NCBI GenBank assembly: GCA_963700635.1
Contig: CAVOYH010000004.1
Span: forward strand, 256,001-320,000
DNA from: an uncultured Bacteroidota bacterium
GTDB taxonomy: Bacteria > Bacteroidota > Ignavibacteria > UBA10030 > UBA6906
Direction: 5' to 3'
DNA length: 64,000 nucleotides
Shown here in pieces: positions 58,566-64,000 of the stretch. The position numbers were made by a program, and so were the translations under genes. The stretch's first letter is position 1; every line of letters starts with the position of its first letter. The notes beneath the pieces were generated by a model that was not told the DNA's origin, did not search any database, and worked only from the letters and a program-made list of their open reading frames with translations.

Positions 58566-59632
58566 AAAAGACCTGGAAATTGACTCTCGCATCGCTGAAA
58601 ATGTACCTCCGGCAGCGGGAGGTGCTGCTCTGGGCATTCTTCTTTCCGCTTTTGTTGCTGAGCGTGTTCGGGTTTATCAGGTTCGACGGCATCGGCACGC
58701 TCACACTTGGCGTGGTAAACGAGGCAGGGGAACGGGGGCAACCTTTCGTTGATCGACTCCGTGCAATGCAGACCCTGGAACTTTCCGAAGGAACGGGTGC
58801 ATACGAACGGGAGCAATTAGTGAAGGGCGAGCGGGATCTGGTCCTGGTCCTGCCGGAAGGCTGGCCGGATATTGACGGCGGGCGTGTTCTGCTCCTTGCC
58901 GACCGCGAAGCAAAACCGCGCGAGACTCAACTCGGCGCACTTGTGATCCAGCGTGTTCTTGACGAACAGTTGTTTGAGAAGGTGGCCGTTCCTGCCCGGC
59001 TCGTCGTTGACGTACAGCCCGTTGCGACACGTAATCTTACGTATGTAGATTTCCTGCTTCCGGGCATCCTGTCGATGTCGATCATGCAGCTTGGCGTTTT
59101 TGGAGTGGCATTCGGATTTGTGTCACTGAAGCGGCGCGGAGTGCTGTTCCGGCTGAAAGCGACCCCCCTGCGGCCCGCGGATTTTATTGCCGCACAGGTA
59201 ACGAGCAGGATGGTTGTGCTGATTGCACAGATGGTCGTGATGGTGGGATTCGGTGTGCTGGTGCTAAACCTGCATTTTGTCGGGAATGCGTTGCTCCTGC
59301 TGGTGATCGGGGTTCTGGGAGCGGCGATATTTCTGTCTGTGGGTTTTGCCATCGCGGGCATTGCGCGCACAGAAGACCAGGTTCCGCCCCTCGCCAACGT
59401 CGTTTCGTTGCCGATGATAATTCTGTCGGGCGTATTTTTCAGCCGGTCGCATCTGCCGGATTTTGTACGGGTCGTTACCGAGTATCTTCCCCTGACATAT
59501 CTTGCCGATGGATTACGGAGTGTCGCAATCGACGGCGCAGGTGTGTTCGACATCCTGCCCCAGCTTGCCGGTCTGGGAGTCTGGGTACCCGTGAGTATTA
59601 CGCTGGCAGTCTGGCTGTTCAGATGGGAATAG
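58562..59632 (+). CDS. ABC-2 type transporter permease
   Basis: YVDFLLPGIL.M, RL.ATPL, LSG.FF, LPLTY..D.LR; coupled by ATGA. Confidence 0.9.
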   Translation: MKKTWKLTLASLKMYLRQREVLLWAFFFPLLLLSVFGFIRFDGIGTLTLGVVNEAGERGQPFVDRLRAMQTLELSEGTGAYEREQLVKGERDLVLVLPEGWPDIDGGRVLLLADREAKPRETQLGALVIQRVLDEQLFEKVAVPARLVVDVQPVATRNLTYVDFLLPGILSMSIMQLGVFGVAFGFVSLKRRGVLFRLKATPLRPADFIAAQVTSRMVVLIAQMVVMVGFGVLVLNLHFVGNALLLLVIGVLGAAIFLSVGFAIAGIARTEDQVPPLANVVSLPMIILSGVFFSRSHLPDFVRVVTEYLPLTYLADGLRSVAIDGAGVFDILPQLAGLGVWVPVSITLAVWLFRWE

Positions 59633-59700
59633 GAATGGGGGGCTGAACATCCCCCGGATCATAATGTGTGGTAATCCGCAAACGTAAAAAAGGAGGCACA

Positions 59701-61020
59701 GTGAAAACCCTGCAAGTAATACTCTTCCTGATGCTGGTGGGCGCACTGGCATTCGGACAGGTGAATATTCGTTTCGAGCAGTACGATCTGCCCAATGGCC
59801 TGCACGTCATCCTGCACCAGGATCGATCTGCGCCGATCGTCTCTCAGGTCGTCGCCTATCATGTCGGGTCGAAGAACGAACTACCGGATCGCACGGGGTT
59901 CGCGCACTTTTTTGAACATCTGATGTTTGAGGGATCACCCAATATCCCCCGGGGCGAATTCTTCAAGATGGTGCAGAATGCCGGAGGAAATCTTAACGCG
60001 TTTACCAGTTTCGACCAGACCGTCTATTTTATTACGGTCCCTTCAAACCAGATCGAGCTGGCGATGTGGATGGAATCCGAACGGATGCTGCAACTCAAGG
60101 TGGATTCGATTGGCGTCGAAACGCAACGGGGTGTCGTCAAGGAAGAACGGAAGCAGTCCCTGGAGAACCGTCCCTATGGGACCATCCTGGAAAAGACCAT
60201 GGCCAGCTCCTTCACGGTGCATCCGTACCGGTGGACACCGATCGGTTCCGTCCAGTACATCGATCAGGCATCGATTGATGAGTTCTACCGCTTCTATAGG
60301 TCGTTCTATGTTCCGGACAATGCCTGTTTGGTTATCGCGGGGGATATTGACCTTCCGCAGACCAAAGCCCTGGTCGCCAAGTACTATGGTGACATTCCCC
60401 GGGGTGCCGGCGATATCTTCCGTCCGAAGGAAGTTGAACCGCCGCAAACTGCCGAGGTGCGTGACACGGTGTATGACAATATCCAGCTTCCGGCAGTTAT
60501 CCTGGCCTATCATATGCCCGCCCAGGGAACAGATGAATCCTATGCGCTGAGTATGCTGACGACGCTCCTCTCGGGAGGTGAGAGTTCACGACTCACCAAG
60601 CGCCTTGTGGACAAGGAAAAACTGGCGCTTGCCGTGCAGTCGATACCACTCAGCCTTGAAGATCCAGGTTTGTTCCTTGCGTTTGCCGTGGCAAATTTCG
60701 GGCGGACTCTCCCCGAAGTGGAGAAGGTGATGCAGGAAGAAATCGAACGGGTCCAGAAGGAACTCATCAGTGAAAAGGAATTCCAGAAGATCCGGAACCA
60801 GCGGGAAACGGAGTTTATCCAGAAGAACTCCACCGTACAGGGCAAAGCGCTTGAGCTGGCGAACTATCACATCTTCTTTGGAGACGCAAACCTGATCAAC
60901 GCGGATCTTGACCGGTTTATGAAGGTCACCCGCCAGGATATCCAGCATGCCGCACAGAAATATCTTCGTGACGAAAGCCGGGCTGTACTCTATTATCTTC
61001 CCAAAGTGCAAGGACAGTAA
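59701..61020 (+). CDS. M16 (pitrilysin) zinc peptidase, catalytic subunit
   Basis: L.NGL.V, GFAHFFEHLMF (HxxEH), NAFTS.D.T, KEER; GTG after AGGAGG. Confidence 0.93.
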   Translation: MKTLQVILFLMLVGALAFGQVNIRFEQYDLPNGLHVILHQDRSAPIVSQVVAYHVGSKNELPDRTGFAHFFEHLMFEGSPNIPRGEFFKMVQNAGGNLNAFTSFDQTVYFITVPSNQIELAMWMESERMLQLKVDSIGVETQRGVVKEERKQSLENRPYGTILEKTMASSFTVHPYRWTPIGSVQYIDQASIDEFYRFYRSFYVPDNACLVIAGDIDLPQTKALVAKYYGDIPRGAGDIFRPKEVEPPQTAEVRDTVYDNIQLPAVILAYHMPAQGTDESYALSMLTTLLSGGESSRLTKRLVDKEKLALAVQSIPLSLEDPGLFLAFAVANFGRTLPEVEKVMQEEIERVQKELISEKEFQKIRNQRETEFIQKNSTVQGKALELANYHIFFGDANLINADLDRFMKVTRQDIQHAAQKYLRDESRAVLYYLPKVQGQ

Positions 61021-61026
61021 GGAACC

Positions 61027-63117
61027 ATGACCATGAGAAGGACCATTATGTTGCTGCTTGCCGCCCTTGTTGTTCTGACGGGGCAGCTTTTTGCCCAGCT
61101 GGACCGGAGTATCGTCCCCCCTCCGGGACCTGCGCCGGCGGCATCGTTTCCCGATTACGACATTGTGACTACATCCAACGGGATCCGCGTGATTATCGTG
61201 CAGAACGCGGAACTCCCCACCGTTACCATCCGGCTTCTTATAGACCGCGCGCCGATTCTCGAAAAAGAAACTGTCGGCGGCATTGATGTGACCGGCCAGT
61301 TGATGAGGGCCGGGACGACGAAGCGGACAAAGGACCAGCTGGATGAGGAGATCGATGGGATTGGAGCAAGTATCTCCGCTTCCGGCACGTCGCTCTCAGC
61401 GTTTGGTTTGTCACGGCACACGGAAAAACTCTTTTCGCTTCTTGCCGATATCACCCTCCGGCCGTCGTTTCCGAAGGACGAGCTGGAAAAGCTCATCATG
61501 CAAAACCAGTCGAATCTGAAGGCACGCAAATCGGAACCCGATGCCATTGCCGACCTTCTCCGCAGAAAGATCCTCTATGGTGAGGCCCATCCGTATGGGG
61601 AGGTGGAGACAGAGCAATCGGTGGGGCGTGTGACACAGGCCCGATGCAAGGAACTCTACGATACATATTTTAAGCCTGACGCGGCGATTATCGCCGTGGT
61701 GGGTGATGTGGAGAAGAAGAAAGTACTTTCACTTATCGAGAAGTATTTTGGTGCGTGGAAGAAGGGGAAACTTCCGGTTTCCGTATACGCGGCGGTCTCG
61801 CCGCTGCCTGAACGTTCGATTGCACTCGTGGATAGGGCCAGTTCCGTGCAGTCGGTCATCCGTGTCGCCCAGAGTGTTCCTCTCCAGCGCACATCTCCCG
61901 ATGTCACGGCGGTGACCCTCATGAATAAGGTGCTCGGCGGCGGGGCATTCCGTCTGTTTGCGAACCTGCGTGAAAAGCATTCCTACACCTATGGCGCGTA
62001 CAGCGCAATGGGGCCCGATGAACTGATCGGGGCATTCACGGCATCCACCTCCGTCCGGAACAGCGTTACCGACAGCGCCCTCACCCAGATCTTCTTTGAG
62101 ATTAACCGCATCCGGAACGAAGAAGTCGATCCGTTGGAACTGGACCGCGCCAAGAACTCGCTCAGCGGAAGTTTCGTCCAGAGTCTGGAAACGGCGACCA
62201 ACGTGGCCAACTACGCCATCGAAATCGAACGGTATGATCTTCCGAAGGATTATTACCGGACGTATCTACAGAGAATATCGGCGCTGACGTCGAAAGACGT
62301 ACAGCGCGTCGCCCGGCAGTATCTGACCCCGGAGAAGATGCTTGTCGCCGTGGTGGGATCGGGTAAGGACGTCAAGGATAAACTCGCGCATTTTGGCCCG
62401 GTCACGATGTTCGACGAGGAAGGCAAGAAGGTCGTCGAAAAGCCGGCGTCGGCGATTTCGATGACGGCCGATGAAGTGTTTGCGAAATTCCTTGAACGGA
62501 CCGGGGGCAAGGAACAGTTCAAGACGTTGAGAGACAGGACTATGGAAATGAGCGGCAAAATCCAGAATATGGACGTGAAGGTGAAGACCAGCCAGAAGGC
62601 CCCGTCAAAATTCTACCAGGAAACAGCGATGATGGGAATGGTGCAGAAGTCGGGGTTCGATGGCACCAGAGGATGGTCTTCCAGCCCGATGGGCACGCAG
62701 GATCTGGAAGGGGATCAACTCGAGGCCATGAGGATTGAGGGGGTCATGGACTTCTACGGCCAGTACAAGAGTCTCGGTCTCAAGGCAGCGGTGACCGGGA
62801 TGAAGGACATCAAGGAGCGGGAGTGTTATGAAGTGACGTTCTCGGCTGATTCGGGAAGTCCCATGGTTCATTATTTTGGCACAAAAGACTTCCTCAAAGT
62901 CCGTGAGGTGACCGTCCGAACCACCCCGCGCGGACCGATCGAACAGGTTACGGATTTTGCCGACTACAAAGACTTCAGCGGCTATCTGATTCCAACCAAA
63001 TATGAACAGACTGTGATGGGTCAGTCGTTTGTGATGTCACTCGACAAATGTGAGATCAACACCGGCGTTGCAGACGCTATTTTTGTCAAGCCGGAACCCG
63101 CACAGCAGAAGAAGTAG
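61027..63117 (+). CDS. M16 peptidase non-catalytic partner subunit with C-terminal LolA-like domain
   Basis: No HxxEH; RLF.NLREK..YTYGA; C-terminal 'TA.EV..K.....GG......L' outer-membrane-sorting-like domain. Confidence 0.85.
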   Translation: MTMRRTIMLLLAALVVLTGQLFAQLDRSIVPPPGPAPAASFPDYDIVTTSNGIRVIIVQNAELPTVTIRLLIDRAPILEKETVGGIDVTGQLMRAGTTKRTKDQLDEEIDGIGASISASGTSLSAFGLSRHTEKLFSLLADITLRPSFPKDELEKLIMQNQSNLKARKSEPDAIADLLRRKILYGEAHPYGEVETEQSVGRVTQARCKELYDTYFKPDAAIIAVVGDVEKKKVLSLIEKYFGAWKKGKLPVSVYAAVSPLPERSIALVDRASSVQSVIRVAQSVPLQRTSPDVTAVTLMNKVLGGGAFRLFANLREKHSYTYGAYSAMGPDELIGAFTASTSVRNSVTDSALTQIFFEINRIRNEEVDPLELDRAKNSLSGSFVQSLETATNVANYAIEIERYDLPKDYYRTYLQRISALTSKDVQRVARQYLTPEKMLVAVVGSGKDVKDKLAHFGPVTMFDEEGKKVVEKPASAISMTADEVFAKFLERTGGKEQFKTLRDRTMEMSGKIQNMDVKVKTSQKAPSKFYQETAMMGMVQKSGFDGTRGWSSSPMGTQDLEGDQLEAMRIEGVMDFYGQYKSLGLKAAVTGMKDIKERECYEVTFSADSGSPMVHYFGTKDFLKVREVTVRTTPRGPIEQVTDFADYKDFSGYLIPTKYEQTVMGQSFVMSLDKCEINTGVADAIFVKPEPAQQKK

Positions 63118-63207
63118 GCCGCATAGACATACAGCGATGGATCGTCGGAGAGAGAAGAGGCATTGAGCTTCTTCTCTCTTCGCTTTTTTGCGGTGTCTGG
63201 CAGGTAC

Positions 63208-64000
63208 TTATTCCGCCCTCCTGCTTCTGGAGCCGCGTGTGGCGTGGGCAAGCCAGTAGTACACCCTCCGCGGAAGCCAGCGGGCGGCCAGCGCGACAAG
63301 TTTATAACGGAGTCCAGGGATGGAAACGACCCTCCCTTTCTCAAGGTCCCGTATCGACGTGGCCACGACCTCTTCGGCAGTCATAAAATGCCGGAAAAAA
63401 TCCCCCGAGGTGTCAATGCCGAGTCGTTCATGGAAGTCAGATCGGGTGTAACCGGGGCAGAGCGATTGAACACGAATTCCCGAGCCTGACAGTTCAAGGT
63501 GGAGCGATTCGGTGAAACTCGTAATATAGGCCTTTGTTGCGCAGTAGGTTGCGCTTTTCGGCCCGACGAGAAAACCGGCGATGGACGAAACGTTGATGAT
63601 GGTGCCGTTCTTGCGGTTGCGCATGCCTGGCAAGACCGCGTGGGTCAGCCGGATTGTGGCGAGAACATGGGTCCGGACCATCTCCTCCTGCGCTTCAATG
63701 CTCTCCTGCGTGAAGCTCTTCTTCAAGCCGTAGCCGGCGTTATTCACGAGCACCACGAGGTCCGGAATGCTCTGCATGCGCTGCTCCAGAGCCTTCACCT
63801 CTTCCAGCCGGGAGAATTCCGCAAGAGCATATTCCGCGCGGATCCCGTAGCGCGCCTGCAGGCTCCGGGAGAGTTGTTCGAGTTTTTCCTTTCTGCGTCC
63901 GTGCAGGAGCAACGCGTACCCCCGGGAGGCGAAATGATGCGCAAAAGCTTCTCCAATACCGGATGAAGCCCCGGTAATGCACGCAGTTCCTGGTTGTTGC
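63208..64000 (-). CDS. Short-chain dehydrogenase/reductase (start lies beyond the right edge)
   Basis: Frame is open to the window end: TACITGASSGIG, LVNNAG, NVSS, YCATK (YxxxK), CPG.T. Confidence 0.93.
   Translation of the reverse strand, partial: QQPGTACITGASSGIGEAFAHHFASRGYALLLHGRRKEKLEQLSRSLQARYGIRAEYALAEFSRLEEVKALEQRMQSIPDLVVLVNNAGYGLKKSFTQESIEAQEEMVRTHVLATIRLTHAVLPGMRNRKNGTIINVSSIAGFLVGPKSATYCATKAYITSFTESLHLELSGSGIRVQSLCPGYTRSDFHERLGIDTSGDFFRHFMTAEEVVATSIRDLEKGRVVSIPGLRYKLVALAARWLPRRVYYWLAHATRGSRSRRAE

Noticed and set aside
1-64000. rRNA, tRNA, CRISPR arrays, transposases, prophage or defence genes
   Set aside because: None recognised on either strand; almost all sequence is accounted for by CDSs and short intergenic regions.

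Overview
Chromosomal window from a free-living Bacteroidota-superphylum bacterium, most consistent with Ignavibacteria-like lineages. This is inferred from seven intact genes ending in a 'QNYPNPFN' T9SS type-A sorting domain, together with SD-type RBSs and sigma70-like TTGACA-N17-TATATT promoters. Left to right: (1) an operon running off the left edge, with a secreted 307-aa TANFOR/DUF928-like protein followed by a >=497-aa ORF absent from the supplied ORF track; (2) a ~19-kb block of T9SS cargo (secreted AGE-family epimerase, Ig/CBM multidomain protein, EEP nuclease/phosphatase, two aryl-sulfate sulfotransferases), plus a sialidase-like/esterase fusion and two paralogous ~60-aa microproteins flanking a DUF1349 gene; (3) an ~11-kb ion/osmotic homeostasis cluster (three MscS, CPA1 Na+/H+ antiporter, porin, USP, APC-USP permease, TM-helix protein, RCK K+ channel) next to a split LKR/SDH saccharopine pair; (4) a GH78 rhamnosidase, a small T9SS protein plus truncated fibre-like gene, a sugar porter, ArsR-DUF2087, MntP and an orphan six-hairpin glycosidase-like protein; (5) Yip1, PduO-type adenosyltransferase, M28 peptidase, an ABC exporter, an M16 peptidase pair and a partial SDR. 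I found no rRNA, tRNA, CRISPR or transposase. Three genes carry single-base homopolymer frameshifts (probably assembly errors), and at least two genes look like in-frame head-to-tail deletion remnants. All family assignments come from motif recognition by eye, not from database searches.
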